Assembly (NCBI GenBank): GCA_002633005.1
Contig: NMRA01000012.1
Span: 1,072,564-1,136,563 of the forward strand
Direction of reading: 5' to 3'
DNA: 64,000 nt
From: Phoronis australis
Taxonomy: Eukaryota > Animalia > Phoronida
The position numbers and the translations under genes were made by a program. How positions within the stretch are numbered: the stretch's first letter is position 1; each line of letters opens with the position of its first letter. The notes beneath the pieces were generated by a model. The model searched no databases and was not told where the DNA came from. It saw only the letters and a program-made list of their open reading frames with translations. This document shows positions 1 through 11,740 of the stretch, piece by piece.

Positions 1-711
1 ACAAGCACGCAATGCAGGAAGAGGCAAATTATTTCAGAATTTAAACTATTTCATTTCACTGGCGGAATTAAAATAAACAAGTCCCATCACTGAAACAAAT
101 ACATGTCCTAATAAATCAGTAATCCTTGTGTCCCCAGATTGCGTATGCACTATAGGACTCCCAAGTAAAATGTCCAAAAAAACTATCGTATGTTTGAAGT
201 CATTGTCCATTGTCACATTATCACACCAAAATATTTCTATCTAAAGATTTATCTTAGAAATAGTATAGAGGTGATAAGCTGTTTTTAACACAATGTTCTA
301 ATTGTTGTCTAGGTTTGATTGTATCAGTCTTTGTATCAAAAATAATTACTGTAACATCAGTAGTATGACATTCAAAGTTACACATTGTTGATATCCCGAT
401 GGGTCATAATAAATAGGACATGTTACAGTGCCAGACGTAGCATAGCATTGTTTTCATTGTAACAACGCCTTGCAATTTATTAATCAAATTATTACCCAGT
501 CTTGGAATCAGTCTGATCCAAGGGAAGTAAGCATGACTGTACTCCGGGAGACTCCATCTAACTGCAAATCTACCCCTATGGGCAGGACCGTTGTCATTTC
601 CCAAATACAGCGTGGGTTTGCCAGCATACATTGACAACAAGGATAACTTGGTGATATGCAAACATCATGACAGAAAACAGCATTAGCCCCGGGAGAGCAC
701 TAGAAAATGGA

Positions 712-1089
712 AAGCCCGGGTCTACCGTAACATGGTTAAGCCTGGGTCTACCGTAACATGGTTAAGTCTGGGTCCATCGTAACATGTTTAATCCCGGGTC
801 CACCGTAACATGGCTAAGCCCTGGTCTACCATAACATGGTTAAGCCTGGGTCCAATGTAACATGGTTAAGCCCGGGTACAACGTAACATGGTTAAGCCCA
901 GTCTACCATAACATGGTTAAGTCCGGGTCTATTGTAAAATGGTTAAGCCCGAGTCCAACATAACATGGTTAAGTAAGCATGGGTCCACAATAACAAGGTT
1001 AAGCCCGAGTCCACCGTAACATGGTTAAAGCTGGGTCCAACGTAACATGGTTAAGCCTGGGTCCACTATAACATGGTTAAGCCCGGGTC
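712..1089. repeat. 26-bp minisatellite, ~14.5 copies (consensus AAGCCCGGGTCYACCGTAACATGGTT), in an NSUN2 intron
   Basis: TAACATGGTTAAGCC recurs at a ~26-bp period with scattered substitutions. Confidence 0.95.
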
Positions 1090-1777
1090 GCCCCACTCAG
1101 AATGAATGAATGTAAAACTAAATGAAAATAGGACAGTCCGCAGTAAAACATGACCAATCAAGTTTAGGCCAGAATTGATCTGTAACAAGTTTGATGGATT
1201 ATACTGTAAACTTTAAATAAAAAAGTAAATTCCATGCCTTTAGCTGTCGATGTTGAATTCTTAACTGAAGTGCTTTGAGGCTTAAAAACAGTACCACATT
1301 GCCGGCCATCTACAGACACAAGCTGTTTGAACACGTGCAATTTTCAAATTCGCAATTTTAGAGATGGCCAACCCCAAAAAAAACTGAAGAGTTTTCTGAG
1401 TTGATGACGATCTTGATGTTCTTGTTGGTGATGGAAATAACATCCCATCGTGGCAAGAAATAGTATGAGATCTACTTCATCATAGTAAAATGCTCAATTC
1501 AATTTTTGTTTTTAAACAAAGCAAAATGCAGCTTTGAAAACCAACTATAGAATTCTGGTACTGAAATATATGAATTTCCAATCATTTCTATTTTCCCGGA
1601 AATCAGGTGTCTCCTAATATGCAAATAGTGACAAGTCACTAACGAGGGTTACCGATTTTGAGAACCAGTTCGATGCCACGTAATCAAGAGGAGGCTACTG
1701 GTTCTAAAAATGTGGGACTTCTGTAAGTGAGAACTGCCCTAAACAAGCAGTATTTTATATTATCTTATCCAGATTCA

Positions 1778-1999
<222 letters not shown>

Positions 2000-2462
2000 T
2001 TAATCAGTTGCAACACGAAATGAAAAGCTATAAATCTGACCAGCAGACACATACTGATCTCCATCTGCATGTTAAAAAACAGTAGTATTCACTTCTGACG
2101 GGAATTCCTTCAGCCACATTCGCATACCATTAGGTTTCACAAGTTCTTCTTTCACAAGTCTTTGTTTTTGTGCATAATTTTTAAAATTCCTCATTCCAAT
2201 GCACGCAAAGCATAATTGTTCTCCACGTGAGATCAAGGCAAGATGTTCACCAATATGGAAAAATACCAGCAGAGCTCGACAATTTGTGCCTTTTGTTTCC
2301 GATTCAACAGAATGTACCTCTGTTGTCCTTGGCATATTTTCTTACCTCACAACCTATGAGAGCATACTCCAGGACGTGGCAAGTTACATTGATACTGTTT
2401 GTGCTATTCTCACACCAATTTGGTTGTTAAGTCAAGCATTTTCCTTTATTTTAATGAAATTA

Positions 2463-2690
<228 letters not shown>

Positions 2691-4341
2691 TCATAACATC
2701 CATCTCTTGAGAGGGTATTCCATGCTGATGACAGTGTGCAATCTATGTTCTTACTAAAAGTTCTCCCAGTGGCCAATACAGATAAAATGTGGCCAAAACT
2801 AAAGGGTGCGTGTATTGGTACCACCATTACTCAAAAGGTGCACAGTACTAACTTAATCATTGGCGTTAGCAGTCGCAAATCCCTAGGACCAAAAACTAAT
2901 GTTTTTTCCAACAAGATATCACAGAGACTGAAGAAATGTGCTGAAACACACATTCCTTCTGCAATACAACTTACCTGGACTAAATCAAAAGATCTGCTTC
3001 AATTCAAAGTCTTCAATTCCAGAAAAATCGTTGTCCTAAATTTCAAAAACCTGTTACTAAATAAAACCCCTTAAAGATCTTCTACAGTTGCCGCTTTTAG
3101 ATTTCACCGAAAATAGTCCTGCCATGGGAGATGTTAAAGAAGCAACATGCTGACTGATCATGTGGGAATCGGATACCAGTAGCCTCTAGAGGATGAGGAT
3201 GTAATTTAACTTTTGCTCAAAATGCATCACATTTAATCACATACACTGTAATCGAGTCTTTTCATGAAGTCAAATAATTGCCTATGCCACATGCTGTGAA
3301 GAATTAGTATCTCCTGATACAGCCAGAAGGGGATAAGAGTCATCAGTCCCTCCTATAGTTTGGAGATACATTTCAAAACAACTGTCCCAGACCAGACAAC
3401 ATTCAGCATGTCAAAAATCAATCCACATGCAATGACTGAGAACAAGGCACTGAGTGACATGATCACAGTGTTTGAAGCTTGGGACTAAAATAGCTAAGGT
3501 GAGGTGACGCATACTGTCAAAAATGCAGAAATTTCACGGCAGACAACACTGATGCTTTTAGTGTATTACTTAACATGACAACACAACTGAAGAACGTTAA
3601 GTGTTGCTATCTGCGAAATTCTGGCTGAAAAAGGATCAGCACTATTTATTCCACCAATTCTGCACAACACATGTAAACACCTATCTAGAAAAGTTCTTAG
3701 TCATTACCAAAGCTAAAAACTGAATATAGGTGTACAAAGCATAATAAGACAAATGTTGATAAAAAATTGTATAAAACCAAGGTTTTGAGCAGTGTTCTTT
3801 CAAACCATATGAGAAAGAGTAAAAGCTCAAAACCTTGGATTCTTAATTATAATTTTTATATTGACGCTCATCTTCATACACTTTCTTACAGACATGCTAT
3901 GTGTTTGCAGTAATGTGTCTAGCATGGCTTAGCTCACTTGTGTGAACATTTTTGGTGGCAAGGAGTGAGTTTCAAAGACCCGAGAAACTTGCTTAAAAAG
4001 GCGAGATCATGCAAAATCACATATTTCATGAGTATTCTAGGGAGCTTACTAGCATACCCAAGCAAAATGGCCGCCACTGAAGTGATTGGTTGGTGAGGTT
4101 GGAATGTTGCATCTTGGGATAGATTTCATTATTTCTGTTTCATGAGCAAACATTTCTTCCTGCAAGTGCTGCCGCGAATGTCTACGGAACACAGCTCTGC
4201 TTAATAACACTGATTGTTTAACCGACACAAGCACTTAAATAGGCAGTGAGCAATGAGTGATCCACTGTCATGGGCATTAATACCCATGTGTGGCCTGTTC
4301 ATAAATACATCAGTCCAACAATAGTAAATGCTACTACGTAC

Positions 4342-4446
4342 CATGGGATGCAGGAGGGTGGCTCTACTTTCTTTCCGTCGATTTCAGCTTGGTCAAATAA
4401 ACTAAAGAACTCGTGTTTCATCATTTTGAGAAGCTGCCGAGACTGG
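4342..4446 (-). CDS. NSUN2: NSUN2 coding exon 4 ((S)QSRQLLKMMKHEFFSLFDQAEIDGKKVEPPSCIP(W))
   Basis: 105 nt, phase 2-2, ttttag acceptor and GTACGT donor; resembles vertebrate EVDGQKVEVPQPLSW and joins both neighbouring exons in frame. Confidence 0.9.
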
Positions 4447-4727
4447 CTAAAACAAAGACAGCAACAGTTGACAGTGTGGATAAAGAAGACGTTTGTATTA
4501 ACAACATTTTACAATCTAATACTGCATACGGATGGTTATATTCCCAAAATATTTTTTAGGTCAACAAATATATGGTATACACTTAAATTACATGGTCACA
4601 GTCAATACACAATAACCTCATTTTAAAGTCAATAATTTTATCCTGACATTTAAATTTGTAGACAGTGGTTGTTACACTAGAAATGAGATATCCGTATTCC
4701 ATATTTAACAGATTGCAAAATAACTTA

Positions 4728-4826
<99 letters not shown>

Positions 4827-5078
4827 TCATTGAGCAAACAATAAAGAGATCATGAACAATAGTCTTCCTGCGACAGTGCCAAACTTGTGTATGCTAATCC
4901 AATTTTTATACACTTAATATAAAAGCTACTTTCCATAATGTTGGTTTTTAGCCAAATTAACAGAAGAAAACTAAGGACGATTGCTGATTCTACTAATCCT
5001 ACCAGTCATCATAGTGATCTGGAGAAAAGGTTCGTCACTGGTCTCCAGAAGCATTTTAGTATGAGATGGTCACTTACT

Positions 5079-5429
5079 TAGAGACGTGAAGGGTTGTTTG
5101 CAGACGTTTCGACCTGGTCCGCCAGGTCTTTGTCAATGAATGAGGGATTTCCCGCATTTCGCTGGTTAAGAATGGTTGAATACGTTGGAGGTAAGTGGAG
5201 GCCTCGGTCCCGATTCAAGAGGGGACGCTGAATGCTGATGTTTATTGACTCTTTTAGCTTGCGCATACCTGTGTTGTTCTTTGGCTAGGATCCTGGATGA
5301 CGCAAGAGAGATGTATGAGATGGTCACTTACTCTCTTGGGTCATCCAGGATCATAGCCAAAGAACATCACTAGTATGCTTGCAAGCTAAAAGAGTCAATA
5401 AACATCAGCATTCAGTGCCCTCTCTTGAA
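5079..5429 (-). mobile_element. Penelope-like retroelement 3' remnant (GIY-YIG C-terminus) with an inverted partial duplicate
   Basis: Minus ORF 5078..5266 RKLKESINISIQRPLLNRDRGLHLPPTY resembles the PLE endonuclease end (R..KE..I....P.LNRD.G); it is followed by a hammerhead-like motif; 5214-5310 is inverted at 5331-5429; 20-bp direct repeat at 5059-5078 and 5313-5332. Confidence 0.7.
5097..5142 (-). ncRNA. Minimal type I hammerhead ribozyme-like motif of the Penelope type
   Basis: Minus strand reads ttca-TTGACAA-A-gacctgg(cgga)ccaggtc-GAAAC-GTC-tgca: perfect 7-bp stem II, GAAA core and GTC cleavage triplet. Confidence 0.6.
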
Positions 5430-5574
5430 CAAGAGCAATGCAAATTGTCAGTTTCCATTAAAATCTGGCAAATGGAAGCCATTTTGAGAATAATTTACAG
5501 AAAATCATTATGTCGAAAGCTAAAGCGGCCAACAGGAGGTGCCTCGGTAGTTGTCTTTGAATCTAAACACAAAC

Positions 5575-5646
5575 CTTATAATACTGTTCAAACATTTCAT
5601 TCTTCTTCACTATCTCTTTGTAACCACGGGTTTGTCCGTCAGAGGG
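5575..5646 (-). CDS. NSUN2: NSUN2 coding exon 2 (PSDGQTRGYKEIVKKNEMFEQYYK)
   Basis: 72 nt, phase 0-0, tttcag acceptor and GTTTGT donor; matches vertebrate GYPEIVKENKLFEHYYQ. Confidence 0.92.
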
Positions 5647-5943
5647 CTGAAATATATCACAATACGTCACAAATATCAGTCTCTTACTTAAATTATCCTT
5701 TTAGTCTTCATTTAAGGCATCTAAGGTGTCTTCTTCAACTGTGGAAATGTCACAATCATCATTCTGCACAGGCATACAAATGGAAAGTCTTGCTCTTCTA
5801 GAATATCTTTAGTAAAAAACTATAGGCCCACAGCTTTTTATAATAGACATTCCAAAAGAGCAATAATTTCCATACCTTAAATTTACACAAAACATTATTT
5901 AAAATCTGATGCAAGTTTTAATAAACATTGGTTTATTGGTAAC

Positions 5944-6019
5944 AGTCTGAAATAACATGCCTGCATCACGAGAACCAGTTTTCCCCAACTGGTTCTCGAA
6001 ATGCACGTTATATCAGACT
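5944..6019. repeat. Imperfect hairpin with a CGAGAACCAGTT/AACTGGTTCTCG core
   Basis: 12-bp perfect inner stem, extendable to agtctga...tcagact outer arms. Confidence 0.7.
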
Positions 6020-6594
6020 ATGGTTGGTTTATTCATTTAAATTGCAAGGGTTTCAGTAGGTCTAGTCCAGTGGCGAATGCACTTATGCTAATAGTGTTTC
6101 ATCTTCAATCCATGCAGTCATATTCATATCTGTCCAGAGACTCAGTGGAACATGTGTAGTGATACTTCCAGGGCAAAATACAAAGAGTGATTAACTCAAC
6201 TGGCCTTCAGATAATGGTTAAGATGATGGAGCCAGGGATTGCGAGTTTGGTTACTGGCTTGGACCACATAATACCCATGCGATTTTGCAACAGCTCTGTG
6301 ATTCAACTGAACAAAGGTAAAAGTCATATTTAATGGTCCCAGAGTCCAAGTAGCAAAGCAACTTCCACTGAATAACTGCCCAATACTGTAAAACCTCATC
6401 ACTTTCAGAGAAATATAATTACTGAAATTGTCCCTTTCTCATTTTTCAGAGCTTCTAACATCGTTGTGGATGCCCACAATTTTTCAAAACATTGTTTGAT
6501 GGTAGATGTGGTGCAGAACTTGCACATAGGAAAGCAATACTATCTTACATAGAGAAAATGAAAATAAAATTTCACTTGTCAGCTATATTGGGTC

Positions 6595-6881
6595 TTAACC
6601 CTTTCAACACCGCAGACCGCTTAAGCGGTCTCTGAAACTTACCTCCATTCAACACCGTGGACCGCTTTATCGGTCTCACGATATGCCGAACTTCCAAGCA
6701 ACAGAATATTTGATTGGTTGATTAGGGGAATTCTTTTGTGTACGTCACAAATTTAAATATAGCCTTACCTTCATTTCTAACAGCTTTTCTGATTCGTTGC
6801 TGAGAGGTAACGTGAGTTATTGAAGGGGTTTTCCAAGAATTTAGATCGATGACTCGCGAAAACAAAATGTCGGCCGACGGC
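6595..6881 (+). mobile_element. piggyBac-like transposon end (TTAA + CCCTTTCAACACCG), truncated at a contig N
   Basis: TTAA at 6595-6598 is followed by CCC; the subterminal CAACACCG..GACCGCTT..CGGTCTC unit occurs twice; 18-bp palindrome at 6614-6631; no partner end found; N at 6882. Confidence 0.55.
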
Positions 6882-7208
6882 NATACGGGGTCGGCTGCCT
6901 AAGCAGACACACAGGTTCGGGCCTATTAACGCGGTGCCAGAGAAAAGTCCGGAGTATACTCACATTACGTCCGTCCAGGACGGCAGCGAACTCCAGAAGA
7001 GCCAGACGATCTTGTCACGTGGTCTTGAAGGGTGACGGTCACATGATAGCAGGGTGACCTCGGCTGGGCTCTTCTGGCGTTAGATGTCGCACCAGGCCAA
7101 GACCAACATTGTTAACAAAAGGACATCACAACATAGAGACGCCACAACCGAGACTGACGTCGACATTTACTACAGTAATATAAAGGCCTCTTTTAATCAC
7201 TCATGTAC

Positions 7209-7498
7209 CACAGGCGTCCTTAGCTGCTGATCGGCCCCAATACACTATATATAATACTAAAACTAAAAGGTCTGACACTCGGGATAGGAATTACACAAAC
7301 AAACAAACAAACAAACAAAAAACAAACAAAATAATTGCTCATGCTTTGTTGAATCCCTGTTTTGTGTAAATTTATTGAGATTTGTGTTTGATATGTACGA
7401 GTGAAGTGAAGCACCTGTGGAATTCCTATCCCGAGTGTCAGACCATTTAATATTACATATACTGTATTGGGGACGACCAGAAGCTACGGACGCCTGTG
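7209..7498. mobile_element. MITE-like fold-back element with ~85-bp inverted arms
   Basis: 7209-7296 is an imperfect reverse complement of 7417-7498 (e.g. ggtctgacactcgggataggaatt / aattcctatcccgagtgtcagacc); (AAAC)n in the loop. Confidence 0.8.
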
Positions 7499-7630
7499 TC
7501 GCCTGCGGCAATTGCTATTTAGTCGAATGGTCGGAACGCGTGGTAGTGAAGCGAGAGGTGGGTAACTGGGTTCGAAACTTGGACTGGAGTTGGAACAAGT
7601 GATTGCTCAATAATAATGCACACAACAAAC

Positions 7631-7669
7631 CTGACGAGGACCTCTTGGATTCCTGTGCCTTTTAGGCAT
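7631..7669 (-). CDS. NSUN2: NSUN2 probable coding exon 1 (MPKRHRNPRGPRQ), copy A
   Basis: ATG with A at -3; basic N-terminus like vertebrate MGRRSRGRR; CAG|GTTTGT phase-0 donor matches the phase-0 start of exon 2. Confidence 0.7.
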
Positions 7670-9587
7670 ACTAGAGAAACGCTTGATAGCGATGTGATGT
7701 AAAATTGGTTTGTAAATCTTCAGGCACAAGGATGCTGCCAAACTGAATATGACCAAACCAGAGGTTCTTCAATGACGACCCACGTTGTAAATATACACTA
7801 AAGCGTAACCTATCGGTGTGGCAACAAAATAGTGAGACTGTGAAAACACATCTACTCGGAACTCATTAAGTTTCAAATGGTAAATTAATTAACAGGTGTT
7901 CTCCGTAATGATTTATTTTTGCACCAGAATAAGGATGGCATCACAGTCGTTAATGAAGAAGCAAAGTGTCGATTTCGTGGTTTAAAAGTTGAACAGAGGC
8001 GTACCGAAAAGTGTCATTTTCGACATTTGCACATCTGCAAAACCTGTAGTCATGACCGTCGGTGGGAGAAAAAAACTCAGGTCGGATATAGTGGCCCCTG
8101 ATTTTGAGAACCAGGCAATCACTGAATAACGGGCCCATAAAACTGGTTCTCACAATCAGGGACCTCTATATCCGACCAGTGTCAGACTGGTGCACAGCAG
8201 ACTAATTCGTCGTTTTTTGTTTTAGATAAAAATCAATGACGCCGATTTTGAGAGAAAAACTAAAAATTTAAGGCTTGTCAGTGTACCATATATTAGCTTC
8301 TTTACACTTCACCTGAAGAAAAATAATGATGCTGGTCTTCGGCGGAATCTGTGCAAAGTTAGCCAGCTAGCTACCTGTATGAAGACTAACGGTCACATCG
8401 AAAATACACCTGAGCCGGTACCCGCCACTGTGCGTTAGTAGCCTTGGTGCAAAACTGTAACGGTAGGCTATACTTATAGTTTTGCGCTGATGTGGGTAAA
8501 AAACTAGCCAAATAAACTGAATCGGACATAAAATTAGAGTCATTAAAAACTACACTCTTTCCTGAGTAAACTAAATAATTTACCGGTGTTGGAAAAATTG
8601 GCGTTTTACCGTTCTGCTGCTAAAGTTGTGAAGCGATCTTATACGGTCGGCTTTCGGCGTTCTTCTTAATTCCTCGAGCTAGCGTGCACTGTGCTGTAGT
8701 GGTAAAATTAGAGGTAAGAAGGCGCCCAAAGCCCACCGTATCACCCTGAGCACTGAACGTAACTTACGGGTGCCTATGCGCTACGTTCAAAAGGTGGTTG
8801 CCGGGCTGCGCCTAGCCTATATGCGCCTGCGCCCCACTGTGCACTGTGCGTGTATGACACATCATAACAAACTATCGGAACTAGTTTCATCGGTTATAAG
8901 TCCTTAGTATTTCAAATTAATACCAGCAAACCGAATTCAGAACAAATTTTGCTGCTGTGAAGCTGTCATCATCGCCCGAGAGATGTCGCAAAAAATCAGG
9001 AAATGGCGCTTGCGAGTGGCGCTTGCGAGTGGCGCTTGCGCGTGTCAAGAGCTACACTCTTACACAGTGTTGCGAAAGGTATAGGTGGCGCTGTGTCAGA
9101 GGGTAGTCACGAGCGTACTGTTTTCAAAACGACGACATACTTTTCTATAGGCGGATTTAGGGGGGCCCAAGGGGCAAAATGAAACAGCAACGGCGTGAAG
9201 CGTGAGGCGTTTTTTTTTTGTCCACCGATAAATTTTCCGAACAGAAGGCCCACATCCCTGGCCCCAGCAACTTTTAGCCGCCTGTGCACATACGGTTTGC
9301 CCAATCATCCCAGGGGCAACTTGTTAGCCCCCCTCCCCTTATGGTATCCTAGATCCTCCAATGTTTTCATTGTCACAAAAGATTGAGACTTACTCAAGAA
9401 AATGACGTTGATTAGATTATTTTTCACTTAAAATTTGCCCTGAATGCCGCAGGCATACAGGGGCCCTAACCAGCCAACCGAGGGGTACGTATTGCCTTGG
9501 TGAGTGNAAGCGAGAGGTATTGGGTAACTGGGTTCGAAACTTGGACTGGAGTAGGAACAAGTGATTCTGATTGTTCAATATGCAAAC

Positions 9588-9626
9588 CTGACGAGGACCT
9601 CTTGGATTCCTGTGCCTTTTAGGCAT
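9588..9626 (-). CDS. NSUN2: NSUN2 probable coding exon 1, duplicate copy B
   Basis: Same 13 codons with a CAG|GTTTGC donor, inside the duplicated block. Confidence 0.5.
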
Positions 9627-11070
9627 ACTAGAGAAACGCTTGATAGCGATGCGATGTAAAATTGGTCTGTAAATCTTCAGGCACAAGGATGCTGCCAAAC
9701 TGAATATGACCAAACCAGAAGTTCTTCAATGACGACCCACGTTGTAAATATACACTGAAGCGTAACCTATCGGTGTGGCAACAAAATAGTGAGACTGTGA
9801 AAACACATCTACTCGGAACTCGTAAAGTTTCAAATGGTAAACTAATTAACAGGTGTTCTCCGTAATGATTTATTTTTGCACCAGAATAAGGATGGCATCA
9901 CAGTCGTTAATGAAGAAGCAAAGTGTCGATTTCGTGGTTAAAAAGTTGAACAGAGGCGTACCGAAAAGTGTCATTTTCGACATTTGCACATCTGCAAAAC
10001 CTGTAGTCATGACCGTCGGTGGGAGAAAAAAAACTCAGGTCGGATAAAGTGGCCCCTGATTTTGAGAACCAGGCAATCACTGAATAACGGGCCCATAAAA
10101 CTGGTTCTCACAATCAGGGACCTCTATATGCGACCAGTGTCAGACTGGTGCACAGTCACAGACTAATTCGTCGTTTTTTGTTGGATTTTGAGAGAAAAAC
10201 TAAAAATTTAAGGCTTGTCAGTGTACCATATATTAGCTTCTTTACGCTTCACCTGGTCTTCGGCGGAATCTGTGCTAAGTTAGCCAGCTAGCTAGCTGTA
10301 TGAAGACTAACGGTCACATGAAAATACACCTGAGCCGCCGGGTACCCGCCACTGTGCGTGAGTACTAGAGCCTTGGTGCAAAACTGTAACGGTAGGCTAT
10401 ACTTATAGTTTTGCGCTGATGTGGGTAAAAAACTAGCCAAATAAAATCTGACATAAAATTAGAGTCATTAAAAACTACACTCTTTCCTGAGTAAACCATG
10501 TAAATAATTTACCGGTGTTGGAAAAACTGGCGTTTTACCGTTCTGCTGCTAAAGTTGTGAAGCGATCTTATACGTCGGCTTTCGGCGTTCTTCTTAATTC
10601 CTCGAGCTAGCGTGCACTGTGCTGTAGTGGTAAAATTAGAGGTAAGAAGGCGCCCAAAGCCCACCGTATCACCTTGCCAGAGCACTGAACGTAACTTACG
10701 GGTGCCTATGCGCTACGTTCAAATGCCAAAAGGTGGTGGCTGCGCATAGCCTACATGCGCCTGCGCCCCACTGCGCTCTGTGCGTGTATGACACATCATA
10801 ACAAACTATCGGAACTAGTTTCATCGGTTATAAGTCCTTAGTATTTCAAATTAATACCAGCAAACCGAATTCAGAACAAATTTTGCTGCTGTGAAGCTGT
10901 CATGTGATCTCCCGAGAGATATGTCGCAAAAAATCAGGAAATGGCGCTTGCGAGTGGCGCTTGCGCGTGTCAAGAGCTACACTCTTACACAGTGTTGCGA
11001 AAGGTATAGGTGGCGCTGTGTCAGAGGGTAGTCACGAGCGTACTGTTTTCAAAACGACGACATACTTTTC

Positions 11071-11292
11071 CATAGGCGGATTTAGGGGGGCCCAAGGGGC
11101 AAAATGAAACAGCAACGGCGTCAGAAGCGTGAGGCGTTTTTTTTTTTTGTCCACCGATAAATTTTCCGAACAGAAGGCCCACGTCCCTGGCCCCAGCAAC
11201 TTTTGGCCGCCTGTGCACATACGGTTTGCCCAATCATCCCAGGGGCAACTTGTTAGCCCCCCTCCCCTTATGGTATCCTAGATCCTCCAATG
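11071..11292. mobile_element. Short non-autonomous DNA element, TIR CATAGGCGGATTTAGG / CCTAGATCCTCCAATG (duplicate at ~9146-9363)
   Basis: 16-bp imperfect TIRs and GGGGC/GCCCC subterminal runs; similar to the element at 53809. Confidence 0.6.
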
Positions 11293-11427
11293 TTTTCATT
11301 GTCACAAAAGATTGAGACTTACTCAAGAAAATGACGTTGATTAGATTATTTTTCACTTAAAATTTGCCCTGAATGCCGCAGGCATACAGGGGCCCTAACC
11401 AGCCAACCGAGGGGTACGTATTGCCTT

Positions 11428-11740
11428 GGTGAGTGTCGGCCTGACACCCAGATTTTGCATGCACCCCCGCCGGTCTTTAGCTCTACATGTTCATACAAGT
11501 TTCACGGCGAGGTGACGAGAAGAACCACCCGGGCTGTACGCAATTTCGAGGTCTGTCGGCGCTAAACATGCACTTTTACCTAGCTGTATTTCGACGATGG
11601 TCTTCATACCGCAGCTGGCTGGCTACACTGCGTGTTGAGCGCCGCTCGGGTAGCTCTGCTCGTCACCTCGTCGTGAAAGTTAACATGTAGAGCTAACGAC
11701 CGGCGGGGGTGCATAATCTGGGAGTCAACCGACACTCACC
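11428..11740. mobile_element. MITE, 313 bp, with ~90-bp imperfect TIRs
   Basis: ggtgagtgtcgg...gcacccccgccggtc...cgaggtgacgag mirrored by ctcgtcacctcg...gaccggcgggggtgc...ccgacactcacc. Confidence 0.85.

Larger units (their letters stand above)
7549..11435. repeat. Tandem duplication of ~1.95 kb (copy A 7549-9506, copy B 9508-11435)
   Basis: Near-identical collinear sequence with SNPs and small indels; the junction is a single N at 9507. Confidence 0.95.

Noticed and set aside
712-1089. 26-bp repeat array as a CRISPR
   Set aside because: Units are contiguous with no unique spacers, no cas genes are present, and the context is a eukaryotic intron; it is a minisatellite
4049-4234. ORF ...RHSRQHLQEE...HFAW as an NSUN2 exon
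   Set aside because: The donor phase does not fit exon 5, it lacks homology and overlaps a dispersed repeat; the real exon is 4342-4446
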